A stretch of 64,000 nt of DNA, taken from assembly GCA_963840935.1 (NCBI GenBank), contig CAWJAS010000001.1, positions 512,875-576,874 on the forward strand, in the 5' to 3' direction. The notes below the pieces were generated by a model. It was not told the DNA's origin. It worked only from the letters and a program-made list of their open reading frames with translations, and made no database searches. The DNA is from Candidatus Magasanikiibacteriota bacterium. GTDB lineage: Bacteria; Patescibacteriota; Patescibacteriia; Magasanikbacterales; GWA2-37-8. Both the position numbers and the translations under genes were made by a program. Shown piece after piece: positions 9,113 through 17,645 of the stretch. Within the stretch, counting starts at the first letter, position 1. Each line of letters begins with the position of its first letter.

Positions 9113-9191
9113 GATCCGCCAACTGGCGGAGGTGGCCAGACAAAATTTTCGGAAGAAAATTTTAGTCGAGACCGAATCCCGCCCCCGGAGC
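9113..9191 (+). repeat. palindrome atccgccaactggcggag + internal hairpin + second decayed copy of tRNA-Asn 3' end (agtcgagaccgaatcccgcccccggagc)
   Basis: Aligns to ggtcgtgggttcgaatcccacccccggagc of the intact tRNA with point changes and a 1-nt deletion. Confidence 0.7.
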
Positions 9192-9297
9192 TTTGATATT
9201 TAACCCATTTCTATTGGGTTATTTTTTTCAAAGGTGAATGTAGTAGGATGATGAGGCTTGTGGTATAATTTAGGTATAAATTTTTAAAGTAAAAAAT

Positions 9298-9855
9298 ATG
9301 AGAAAAAAAATTATAATTTCGCTATTTATTATTTTCTCCGTTTTTGCGTTTTCCGGTTGTGGAAAAAAAGCAGAAAAAAATGATAGTGTAGAAAAATCTA
9401 TGGGAACTGTAACAGCGGATAAGAGTTCTGAAGCATCGGCGGAAGGCATCTGCGGAATTTTTACCAAAGATTTTGTTGCTTTGGCTACTGGCTTAAATAT
9501 TACGACAGCCGAAACATATACGATAGAAGGAGTGGAAAGTTCCAATTGCCGTTATTATGTCGATGGTAAAAAAATTGCGCCGGTTATCACTATCGGGAAA
9601 TTTAAAAATGATTTGGAAAAGGAAAAAAAGAAATATTTGGAACACCCACTTTTTAAGGGATGGAGAGTGTTAAAGAATGACGCGATTTCCATGGATAATC
9701 TTGTTACCTATAATGAGGTTGGGCAGTTGAGTGACATTTTTTTGATCACAGGAATAAATGAATATTATCGTTTGACCCTCTATTCTTATACAACCATTGG
9801 TATCAAAGAGATGCTTATATTAGCTTCGCAAGTGGAGAAGGAAATTGGCAAATAA
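9298..9855 (+). CDS. lipoprotein, function unknown
   Basis: Signal peptide ending in lipobox-like AFSGC; tgn-tataat extended -10 at 9262-9270 upstream. Confidence 0.55.
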   Translation: MRKKIIISLFIIFSVFAFSGCGKKAEKNDSVEKSMGTVTADKSSEASAEGICGIFTKDFVALATGLNITTAETYTIEGVESSNCRYYVDGKKIAPVITIGKFKNDLEKEKKKYLEHPLFKGWRVLKNDAISMDNLVTYNEVGQLSDIFLITGINEYYRLTLYSYTTIGIKEMLILASQVEKEIGK

Positions 9856-9948
9856 TGATAATTTTGCTACCATAAATAATGGTTGCGGCAGTAGTCGTTG
9901 TTTGTTTTATGCCAAAAATTGTAGAGTAAAAAAAATTTTTAATAAACT

Positions 9949-10533
9949 ATGAGTAATTTGAACAAAGAAAATATTGTTAAAAAAACGTCTGTTTTTTTTA
10001 GATTCTTTCGTCAAAATCCCAAGCGACAAGACAAAGTTTATGAGCAAATAAAAAATAACGCAAAATGTGACTATGATTTTTATGTCCTCACAATATTTGC
10101 TGCTATAATTATAACTCTTGGAATATTAATTAATTCGACGGCGGTTGTAATCGGCGGAATGCTTATAGCGCCATTAGTTTGGCCGATCATGGCAATGTCT
10201 GTGGGGATTGCCATGGGCAGAACCGCATTACTGCAAAAATCATTATTTGCTTTATTAAAAAGCATTTTAGTAATTATAGCGGTGTCAATAGTTTTTGGAT
10301 TTATAGTTCCGGAATTAGTTTTGGAAAATAACGAATTACTTGAAAGAACTTCGCCAACCATTCTCGAATTAGTAGTCGGTTTAGCGGCCGGTTTTATTGG
10401 GGCTTTTATTATTGCTTATCCAAAATTGGGTTCGGCCATTGCCGGAGTTGTGGTTGCGGCTGCGATTGTGCCACCGGTTTCAATCGTGGGCATTTCGCTG
10501 GCCAGAGGCGATTTCAATTCAGCCACGGGATAA
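9949..10533 (+). CDS. DUF389-like hydrophobic-domain protein, N-terminal part (ends at in-frame TAA)
   Basis: VIGGMLIAPLVWPIMAMSVGIAMG resembles DUF389/TIGR00341 core; same frame as 10540..11235. Confidence 0.45.
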   Translation: MSNLNKENIVKKTSVFFRFFRQNPKRQDKVYEQIKNNAKCDYDFYVLTIFAAIIITLGILINSTAVVIGGMLIAPLVWPIMAMSVGIAMGRTALLQKSLFALLKSILVIIAVSIVFGFIVPELVLENNELLERTSPTILELVVGLAAGFIGAFIIAYPKLGSAIAGVVVAAAIVPPVSIVGISLARGDFNSATG

Positions 10534-10539
10534 TTTCTA

Positions 10540-11235
10540 TTGTTTTTATCAAATTTAATTGCTATTATTTTTGGGGCTGTTATTTTATTTTTGATATCTA
10601 ATTTTAGTACCAGAACCGAGAGAGCTGAAGAAGCGAGGGTCTCTGGTTTTAGATGGACAATGTTTTTATTGTTAATTATTATCATTCCTCTATTTTTTAT
10701 TACAAAACAAGCTGCTTTTGAGATAAAAACACACAATGTTTCAAAGGATGTTGTCGAATCTATTTTGGAAAACTCTGTTGTTAGCGATATCAAAACTCAA
10801 TTTAAAAATGAAATTTTGACGATTTGGTTAACAATACAATACAAAGAAAATATTTCCACATCGCAAGTCCAGGCGCTTGAAAGCATTATTTCCAAGAGGT
10901 TAGACACAGAAATAATTTTAAAAATTAAAGTAATACCGATAATTGATGCCGGTCAAGTTGTGCCAGATATATCAAACGATAATGTGTCGCCTTTATTTAT
11001 TGAATGCCCGGTAATAGTGAATGACTTATCAATTCAGCGTTATTACCCGAAAGAAATCGGTTGCCCCGCTTGTTTGAAAATTCTTTTGTGCGAAGATGGC
11101 AGAGAATATCCGGCAGAATTTTTTAACCAACAAACCGGTTATTGTGAAAAAATTATATATAAAGAGAATGCTCCCTGCGGAATTTTAGACAATACAAGTT
11201 CATCTACATCAGAAATAATTGATTCGGAGCAGTAA
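10540..11235 (+). CDS. membrane protein, probable C-terminal continuation of the DUF389-like gene
   Basis: Same reading frame as upstream ORF, separated only by TAA(10531-10533)+2 codons; starts with TM helices. Confidence 0.4.
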   Translation: MFLSNLIAIIFGAVILFLISNFSTRTERAEEARVSGFRWTMFLLLIIIIPLFFITKQAAFEIKTHNVSKDVVESILENSVVSDIKTQFKNEILTIWLTIQYKENISTSQVQALESIISKRLDTEIILKIKVIPIIDAGQVVPDISNDNVSPLFIECPVIVNDLSIQRYYPKEIGCPACLKILLCEDGREYPAEFFNQQTGYCEKIIYKENAPCGILDNTSSSTSEIIDSEQ

Positions 11236-11247
11236 TTCTAAAAATAA

Positions 11248-12444
11248 ATGAAAAAAATATTTTTTATAATTATTATAATAATTCTTGCCGGAATTGGCAT
11301 TTGGTTTGGTGCCAAAGGCATTATTTGGTATAAGGATTTTTCGGCGGAAAGAGCCTTTAATAAGGAACGGAACGAGGCGGTAGATAATTTAATCAACACA
11401 CGCATTGAAGAACAAAACAAAAATAGCGATTCCGACCCTTTTGGCGAAGATAATAAAATAAATATTTTATTGATTGGACTTGATAAAAGAATCGGCACAA
11501 CCAGTTCCGGTCATTGCGATGCAATTCAAATGGTTCAAATAGATAAAAACTCGCAAACCGTAACTTTGACCGCGGTTCCTCGCGGGACTTATTCACCACT
11601 GCCTCCGGGCAAGGGAACCACATCGTCCGACTATTATGTGTCTAACGCTTGCGATTTGGGAGGTTTGGAGTATGGCATTAATCAAATAGAAAAAATTCTT
11701 CGTCAAAAAGCCGACTATTTGGCTATTGTCGGGTTTTCCGAAACATTGGGAATACTTCGTAATTTAAAATTACCGACCACGGAAACTTTACAGTGGCTTC
11801 GCCATCGCCAAAGCTATCAAATCGGTGAACCGCAAAGAGCGCACAATCACTCAACATTCATCAAGCAAATGATGCTTGAACATATTCCGAAAGAGAGGTC
11901 GAGCTTTGACACAACATTGCAGTATTTGATTTATAGAAGATTAAAAACAGACCTGTCTTTCGCGCAAGTAAAAATTATAATTGATGACTTGTCGCAAATG
12001 AATTTGAGCGAGAATCCGGATAAAATTATTTTATCCATAAATCCGCCGTATCCGGTTGAAGACATTGCTTACGATAAAGACGCTTTACCGGACTATTTAA
12101 AAAATCGAATTGAACCGATTAAACATTTGCTTTCAAAGGATGATTTTTCCGGCATTGACAATGAAACCGCTCAAATAAAATTGATGGAAATGATAGAAAA
12201 GAATATTGATAATGATGAATTTTCTATTTGGGCTTTTGAAAATTATCTTTGGCTTCAAATCGATGATGACGAAAGGCGACTAGAGGCACAATATGATTTC
12301 TTGGTTAAATACATGTCAACGATTGATGATATTAAACAACGAGAGGTTTTGATTGCCGATTATATTCTGGAGATGGAGCATTATGAAGAATTATATTGGG
12401 CGCAGGAAGGAAGAATTTTAATGGAAAAAGAACTGGGCTATTAA
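11248..12444 (+). CDS. LytR-CpsA-Psr (LCP) family cell-wall glycopolymer transferase
   Basis: N-terminal TM then NILLIGLDKR...SGHCDAIQMVQIDKNSQTVTLTAVPRGTY matching LCP core (R, D, SxPRD motifs). Confidence 0.65.
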   Translation: MKKIFFIIIIIILAGIGIWFGAKGIIWYKDFSAERAFNKERNEAVDNLINTRIEEQNKNSDSDPFGEDNKINILLIGLDKRIGTTSSGHCDAIQMVQIDKNSQTVTLTAVPRGTYSPLPPGKGTTSSDYYVSNACDLGGLEYGINQIEKILRQKADYLAIVGFSETLGILRNLKLPTTETLQWLRHRQSYQIGEPQRAHNHSTFIKQMMLEHIPKERSSFDTTLQYLIYRRLKTDLSFAQVKIIIDDLSQMNLSENPDKIILSINPPYPVEDIAYDKDALPDYLKNRIEPIKHLLSKDDFSGIDNETAQIKLMEMIEKNIDNDEFSIWAFENYLWLQIDDDERRLEAQYDFLVKYMSTIDDIKQREVLIADYILEMEHYEELYWAQEGRILMEKELGY

Positions 12445-12469
12445 AAACATATATATTTAAATATAGAAA

Positions 12470-12499
12470 CAAAAAACAGACCATTGAGGTCTGTTTTTT
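12470..12499. terminator. bidirectional rho-independent terminator
   Basis: aaaaaacagacc-attgag-gtctgtttttt between convergent genes. Confidence 0.7.
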
Positions 12500-12562
12500 A
12501 GAATTATTTTTTCTTCTTGGCTGTCGCTTTTTTTGCGACGGGTTTGGCTTTAGAAATTGTTT

Positions 12563-13123
12563 TTACTGGTTTTTCTTTTTTGGCGGTTTTTTTATCTGTT
12601 GCCGCAAAACTGGTTTTGCTATTTTTACCGGTTTTTCTTCAACTAATTTTACCGTTTGAGTTGCCGGTGCGTTTGGAGAAAGCAGTTTAATCAATTTATC
12701 CAGCTTCTCGTTCAACATTTTGAATTGAGCGGAATTATCGGAGCTACCTTTGGCGCTCACACCGCCTTTATCAAAACATTTGTCGCAGAAAACTTGCTTA
12801 CCGTGAGTCGGTCGAAACGGCACTTGGCATTTTGCTCCACATTTGGAACAAACCGCGTCGTGCATTTGTTTGTTTTCAAAGCTCGGTCGATCACGTCTTT
12901 GATCTCTGCCACCAAATCTACTTGGTCTGTCACTGCCTCCGCCTTGTTTTTTGAAACAGTCGTTGCAAAACACCGGTCGGTCGCCTGTTGGCTTAAACGG
13001 CAATTCGCATTCACGTCCGCAATCACTGCAAACGGCTTTAAATGTGCCTTGTCTGCCACCGTCTCGGTCTCCGCCGAAGCTTCTGCCACCACCAAATCTC
13101 TTTCCCTTGTTGAATCTGTCCAT
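12563..13123 (-). CDS. Arg/Gly-rich protein with two C-x2-C-x3-C...C-x2-C zinc-ribbon modules and Lys-rich tail
   Basis: CSDCGRECELPFKPTGDRPVFCNDCF and CSKCGAKCQVPFRPTHGKQVFCDKCF internal duplication; start taken at MDRFNKGK (atg 13123) rather than upstream AT-rich low-complexity extension. Confidence 0.55.
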   Translation of the reverse strand: MDRFNKGKRFGGGRSFGGDRDGGRQGTFKAVCSDCGRECELPFKPTGDRPVFCNDCFKKQGGGSDRPSRFGGRDQRRDRPSFENKQMHDAVCSKCGAKCQVPFRPTHGKQVFCDKCFDKGGVSAKGSSDNSAQFKMLNEKLDKLIKLLSPNAPATQTVKLVEEKPVKIAKPVLRQQIKKPPKKKNQ

Positions 13124-13228
13124 ATATTGGGTTTTAATTAGCAATACCTTTAATCGATGGATTATAGCATAGTTATGGGTAAAAAGCAATAGTGGCGATA
13201 GAAAATTCAAATTTGAGCCAAAAACAAC

Positions 13229-14104
13229 TTGAAAGTTATCCACATCTGTGCTAGGGTTTATCTAGGTTATTTATTAATTAATATAAATATAAATCAAGTC
13301 ATAGACGCAAAAAGATTGGAAGATTGGAATAAAGTTAAGAAAAATCTTCCGATTGTGCTGATTATTTTAGTGATTGCCGTTGGAATTTTTAACGCGGTCG
13401 GAACTATTGGCGCCGGTGAAAGGGGAGTACTTTTGCAATTCGGCGCGGTTAAAGACAAGGTGTTTGGCGAGGGATTATATTTTAAAATTCCATTCGTGCA
13501 GGAAGTTCATACAATGGATGTTAAAATTCAAAAAGATGAAGTACCGGCGAGCGCTTCATCAAAAGATTTGCAGATTGTCACATCAAAAATCGCCATCAAC
13601 TATCACTTGGATCCGGAAAAGGTTAATAGAATCTGGCAAGAAGTCGGTAAGGATTACAATGACAGAATTATCGCTCCGGCTATTCAAGAGGCGATAAAAG
13701 CGACCACGGCCAAATTCACGGCTGAAGAATTGATAGTAAAGCGAGAAGATGTTAAAGAACAGATAAAATTAAATTTGCTTGAAAGATTGCGCGACAACTA
13801 TATTACCGTTGATGAAATTAACATTACTTCGTTTGATTTTTCCAAAGCGTTTAATGACGCGATTGAAGCGAAAGTGACGGCCGAACAATTAAAATTAAAA
13901 TCAGAGCGAGATTTGGAAAGAATAAGAATTGAAGCAGACCAAAGAGTGGTGGAAGCGGAAGGCAAAGCAAAGGCCATCAAAACCGAAGCCCAAGCATTGT
14001 CCGCCAACGCCAAAGTGGTTGAACTTAGATGGATTGAAAAATGGGACGGCAAAACTCCAATGTATTGGGGCGGTGCCACTCCGTTTATTGGCATTAATAA
14101 TTAA
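13229..14104 (+). CDS. SPFH/band-7 (prohibitin/HflC-like) membrane protein
   Basis: TM helix then GERGVLLQFGAVKDKVFGEGLYFKIPFVQEVHTMDVKIQ... SPFH domain and C-terminal coiled coil; true start probably downstream (e.g. ttg 13316) because 13229-13300 is promoter-like AT-rich sequence. Confidence 0.7.
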   Translation: MKVIHICARVYLGYLLINININQVIDAKRLEDWNKVKKNLPIVLIILVIAVGIFNAVGTIGAGERGVLLQFGAVKDKVFGEGLYFKIPFVQEVHTMDVKIQKDEVPASASSKDLQIVTSKIAINYHLDPEKVNRIWQEVGKDYNDRIIAPAIQEAIKATTAKFTAEELIVKREDVKEQIKLNLLERLRDNYITVDEINITSFDFSKAFNDAIEAKVTAEQLKLKSERDLERIRIEADQRVVEAEGKAKAIKTEAQALSANAKVVELRWIEKWDGKTPMYWGGATPFIGINN

Positions 14105-14117
14105 ACTGACAACCAGA

Positions 14118-14152
14118 TTAAAAAACCCCGTTTTGAACGGGGTTTTTTTTAA
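14118..14152. terminator. bidirectional rho-independent terminator
   Basis: aaaaaaccccgtt-ttgaa-cggggtttttttt between convergent genes. Confidence 0.75.
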
Positions 14153-15816
14153 TATCTTTTTTTATTTTGTTGTTGCCGTAACTCCGCGAACAAACGCGAC
14201 GTTAATCTTTTTCTTTTTATTATTTCCGCTATCCAATCTCCACCAATCACATGGGGCATCATGGTGTAATCAGCGCCCGCCCTGTAAAGAGTTTCAGCGT
14301 CTTCTGCCTGATAGGCGCTCGCGATAATTTGAGCTCGCGGGTTAATTTTACGCACATGATTTATTAAATTAAGCTGGTCGTCGGCAGAGGGAATGGTCAT
14401 GATAATCAGGTCGGCTCCGCCCATGTGCAGATTTTCCAAAAATTCCACATCAGAAATATCGCCAAAAATAGCGTGGATTTTTTTTCTTTTCAAATGCTCG
14501 ATTACTTTCGGGTCAAAATCAATAACGCAAAATTTTGATTTGTTTTCTTTCAGCGCGTCGCATACTTTGGCGCCAATACGATGGCATCCAACGAGCCATA
14601 TATCGTAATTTGATGGCAATTTATTTATTTGTCTGTATTTATCAGGCCCAAATAAATTGAAAAAAGGTAAAAGAAAATTGTATATTTTTTCGCTGTTAAT
14701 TATTAAATAGGACGAAACAAAAATGGTTAAAATCGCCACCATGGTAAAAATCGGCACAACCTCGGAATTCAAATGACCGATTTGGCGACCGGTGAAAAGT
14801 ATGACAAAACCAAATTCACTCACTTGGGCGGCGGTCAGTCCGGCCAAAAAGCTGTTCCGCCTGGTGAATTTGAGCATCCGGAAAAGAAAATATAATATGA
14901 GCGGATTGCCGATTAAAATAAATAAAGAAAGAGCAACTCCCGGCAACCAAATATCACTGATTGAAGCTAGCGTCATTTCACTGCCAAGCAAAATAAAAAA
15001 CATTATCAAAAAGAAATCGCGCAAAGGCTTTATTCGGCTGGCAATTTCCGGTTGATAGGGCGATGAACTTAATGTGATACCAGCAATTATTGCGCCAATT
15101 TCGATGGAAAATCCGGCCAAATACAGAGCGCTTGCCATACCAAAACACCAGCTGATGGTGAAAATAAATAAAAGTTCGCTTGAATAAGAAATTTTATTCA
15201 AAAACCAAGGCAAAGCGTATTTGGTTGCCACCAAAAGAAAAGCCATGATCAAGGCAATTTTTGCAATTAGCAAAGAGACGGAATTAATTGCCCCGTGCCC
15301 GCTCACAAACACGCCAATTCCGACCATTAATAATACGGCGATAATGTCTTGGACTATCATTAAACCGATGGTGTGACGGCCATAAACCGTTTCAGTGTCT
15401 TTTTTATCCATCAACAACTTCATTATAATAATGGTGCTGGAAAAAGTGATTGCCACGGCCAAATAGACCGCGCTCATTACGGGCATTTTTAAAACCATTA
15501 AAAGCAAGAAACCAACAACTGAAGTGAAAATCACTTGGCCGATTCCGGTAAAAAAAGATGCTTTGCCAATGCTTTTTAAATGACGAAAATTAAGATTCAA
15601 TCCGATAATAAAAAGCAAAAGAACAATGCCGAATTGGGCAAAGGCCTCGTACATAGCGTGCTCGCCGTGCAAAATATTAAAAAACATCGGCCCAACGGTG
15701 ATGCCCGCGATGATATAGCCGACTATTAACGGTTGTTTGAGAAGGCGAATAACAAAAGCAATCACTACGGCCACGGCAAGAATGGCGCTGATTTGCAAAA
15801 AAATATTATCAAACAT
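14149..15816 (-). CDS. CPA2-family K+/H+ antiporter (KefB-like) with C-terminal TrkA-N/RCK domain
   Basis: ~11 TM helices followed by Rossmann-like IWLVGCHRIGAKVCDAL...ADLIIMTIP segment. Confidence 0.75.
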   Translation of the reverse strand: MFDNIFLQISAILAVAVVIAFVIRLLKQPLIVGYIIAGITVGPMFFNILHGEHAMYEAFAQFGIVLLLFIIGLNLNFRHLKSIGKASFFTGIGQVIFTSVVGFLLLMVLKMPVMSAVYLAVAITFSSTIIIMKLLMDKKDTETVYGRHTIGLMIVQDIIAVLLMVGIGVFVSGHGAINSVSLLIAKIALIMAFLLVATKYALPWFLNKISYSSELLFIFTISWCFGMASALYLAGFSIEIGAIIAGITLSSSPYQPEIASRIKPLRDFFLIMFFILLGSEMTLASISDIWLPGVALSLFILIGNPLILYFLFRMLKFTRRNSFLAGLTAAQVSEFGFVILFTGRQIGHLNSEVVPIFTMVAILTIFVSSYLIINSEKIYNFLLPFFNLFGPDKYRQINKLPSNYDIWLVGCHRIGAKVCDALKENKSKFCVIDFDPKVIEHLKRKKIHAIFGDISDVEFLENLHMGGADLIIMTIPSADDQLNLINHVRKINPRAQIIASAYQAEDAETLYRAGADYTMMPHVIGGDWIAEIIKRKRLTSRLFAELRQQQNKKRY

Positions 15817-15893
15817 GTTTATTAATTATTGAGTGAATATATTATACCAAAAAATAATAATTTTTCATATATTCAATCCTTGTGTATATTTCT

Positions 15894-15921
15894 TTGACTT
15901 TTAACGCGGATTTGATACTAT
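15894..15921 (+). promoter_or_regulatory. sigma70-like promoter ttgact-16-tactat
   Basis: Positioned ~40 nt upstream of atg 15959. Confidence 0.4.
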
Positions 15922-15958
15922 TAAATATGGTGGATTAATTCATTTAATCGCAAACAAT

Positions 15959-17641
15959 ATGGAAGAAAAACAAACAGCAAGTAATAACATGGTTGGCAGG
16001 ATAATTTTTTTCGTTTTCATTGCCGTAATTCTGGGTTTATTTTGGTATTTTAGCCGTGGCGAAAAAACAGATATTGCCAGCCAAAACGAAGAAAGCACGG
16101 CCATCAGGGGTAGTATTGTGTATGTTGATGGGGCTGTGGAATACAAAGAAAAGGACGGGGATTGGAAAAGAGCGGAATTGAATACAGATATAAAAGAAGG
16201 GAATTCAGTAGAAATTGTGGGCGAGGGGAAAGCAATCATTAATCTTGACGACGGTTCCGCGGTTCGCATGGACAGCGATTCACTAGTCGAATTTACATCA
16301 CTTGAACCGAATCACATATTAATCACGAATAACAACGGCCAAGTTTATACTCGCGTAGCAAAATTAACCGACAGAGTTTTCGAGGTGTCGGCAGGCGATG
16401 TTATTTATGAGTCAATGGGAACAGCGTACAAAACAATCAATAAAGAAAAAATAAAAGGGGTGGAAGTTTATCAAAGTAAAGTTAAAATAAAAGGAGCGAC
16501 TGAAGATGAGGTGGTGGTTGAAGAGGGGAATAAATATTTGGTACAAAACGACGCGGACAAAAAAATTGAAAAAACAATAGTTAAAATTGCCGTGGCGGAC
16601 ACGGAAAAAGATGAGTTTGTAAAATGGAATATGGCGGAAGATGAAAAAATGACGCAAAGCGATGGTGATGAAACCGCCGAGTCGGCATCGACAAGCGAAA
16701 CCACGCTTGAAGAAGAAACTGCGGTTGTGGTCGAAAATACCGAGGCAACATCCGATGGAATAGTGCTGGTTGGCAAACAAGTTTCCGATGGAGTAAGTTT
16801 GACTTGGACAGTAAACGGACTCGAAACACCCGACGGATTCAAAGTTGTGAGAAGTTTAACCACAGACCCTGTTTACCCGGGTGATAATTATTACTATTTA
16901 TCTTCACCCGACGCGCGAGCGCATAAATGGGCGGTTAAAGACGGAAAAACATATTATTTTCGAGTTTGCCAATATATTGACGGTAAATGCGTGTTATACA
17001 GCAATAACGTAAAAGTGACCGCGCCGAAAACGACCGAAACAACAACCTCAAACAGCGGGGATGTTACATCTCTTTCAATCAGTCATGTTGGTAGTGGAAA
17101 AGTATCTTGGACTTTAAAGGGTTATTCAGACCAAGGTTTTAAAGTGGTTTGGTCAAAGAATTCCGGTCCGACCTATCCAACCAGAAGCGGAGACAAATAT
17201 TTGTATTATTCGGACCCGGCGCAAAGAAACGCTGTGGTTACCGCTTTTGACGGTTACGGAACATATTATGTGCGCGTCTGTGAGTATTTGGGCGGAAAAT
17301 GCGGAGTTTATTCCAATCAGATTACCGTAACACTGGGCACTCCGGAAGAGACATCCGGTGGAGATGTGTCCTCAATTTCTTTAACATCGCTTGGTGGCGG
17401 AGATGTGCGCTGGAAAACAAGCGGTTATTCTGAAAGCGGATATAAGTTGGTTTGGTCCAAGAATTCAAGTCCGACTTACCCGTGCCGAAGCGGGGACAAA
17501 TATGCTTATTACAGCGACCCAGAAACAGTAACCGGCGAAATTAGCGCTTTTGATGGAGAGGGCAAATATTATGTGAGAGTTTGCGAATATTTGGGCGGAA
17601 AATGCGGTGTTTATTCAAATCAAATTGAAATTACATTATAA
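15959..17641 (+). CDS. membrane-anchored surface protein with three ~100-aa tandem repeats (beta-sandwich-like), FecR-like N-region
   Basis: N-terminal TM; repeats each ending ...YYVRVCEYLGGKCGVYSNQI.VTL; repeats 2 and 3 near-identical at nucleotide level. Confidence 0.6.
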   Translation: MEEKQTASNNMVGRIIFFVFIAVILGLFWYFSRGEKTDIASQNEESTAIRGSIVYVDGAVEYKEKDGDWKRAELNTDIKEGNSVEIVGEGKAIINLDDGSAVRMDSDSLVEFTSLEPNHILITNNNGQVYTRVAKLTDRVFEVSAGDVIYESMGTAYKTINKEKIKGVEVYQSKVKIKGATEDEVVVEEGNKYLVQNDADKKIEKTIVKIAVADTEKDEFVKWNMAEDEKMTQSDGDETAESASTSETTLEEETAVVVENTEATSDGIVLVGKQVSDGVSLTWTVNGLETPDGFKVVRSLTTDPVYPGDNYYYLSSPDARAHKWAVKDGKTYYFRVCQYIDGKCVLYSNNVKVTAPKTTETTTSNSGDVTSLSISHVGSGKVSWTLKGYSDQGFKVVWSKNSGPTYPTRSGDKYLYYSDPAQRNAVVTAFDGYGTYYVRVCEYLGGKCGVYSNQITVTLGTPEETSGGDVSSISLTSLGGGDVRWKTSGYSESGYKLVWSKNSSPTYPCRSGDKYAYYSDPETVTGEISAFDGEGKYYVRVCEYLGGKCGVYSNQIEITL

Positions 17642-17645
17642 ATAT

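Noticed and set aside
8508-9131. Three copies of the 18-bp palindrome as a possible CRISPR array
   Set aside because: Only three copies, irregular spacing (~438 and ~167 bp), perfectly palindromic rather than partially, each tied to tRNA-derived sequence, and no cas genes nearby.
8904-9143. 79-aa minus-strand ORF in the ORF track
   Set aside because: Its sequence (LRQLAD...LRQLAE) is simply the translation of the repeated palindrome and tRNA fragments, with no start context. Treated as an artefact of the repeats.
8900-9200. tmRNA (ssrA) or another tRNA-like structured RNA, suggested by ggattcgaag and the tRNA-like 3' ends
   Set aside because: No T-arm-compatible pairing, no tag-peptide reading frame ending ..ALAA-stop, and the 3' pieces align better as point-mutated copies of tRNA-Asn than as a tmRNA acceptor/T domain.
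10531-10533. In-frame TAA as programmed recoding
   Set aside because: TAA is the ordinary stop of most genes in this window, so stop-codon reassignment is not supported. Pseudogene, error or two genes is more parsimonious.
12396-13172. Several + and - strand ORFs (12396-12659, 12656-13141, 12757-13095, 12951-13172) overlapping the zinc-ribbon gene
   Set aside because: Antisense or alternate-frame ORFs created by the GC-rich Arg/Gly codons and the Lys-rich tail (poly-Phe antisense). None has a recognisable domain or start signals.
13229-13315. First ~29 codons of the SPFH ORF (MKVIHICARVYLGYLLININ...)
   Set aside because: Low-complexity AT-rich sequence resembling a promoter (ttattaattaatataaatataaat). 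The real start is probably an internal ttg/atg just before the TM helix.
16412-16863. Minus-strand ORFs inside the tandem-repeat protein gene
   Set aside because: Antisense artefacts of the Thr/Glu/Val-rich coding strand. Low-complexity translations.
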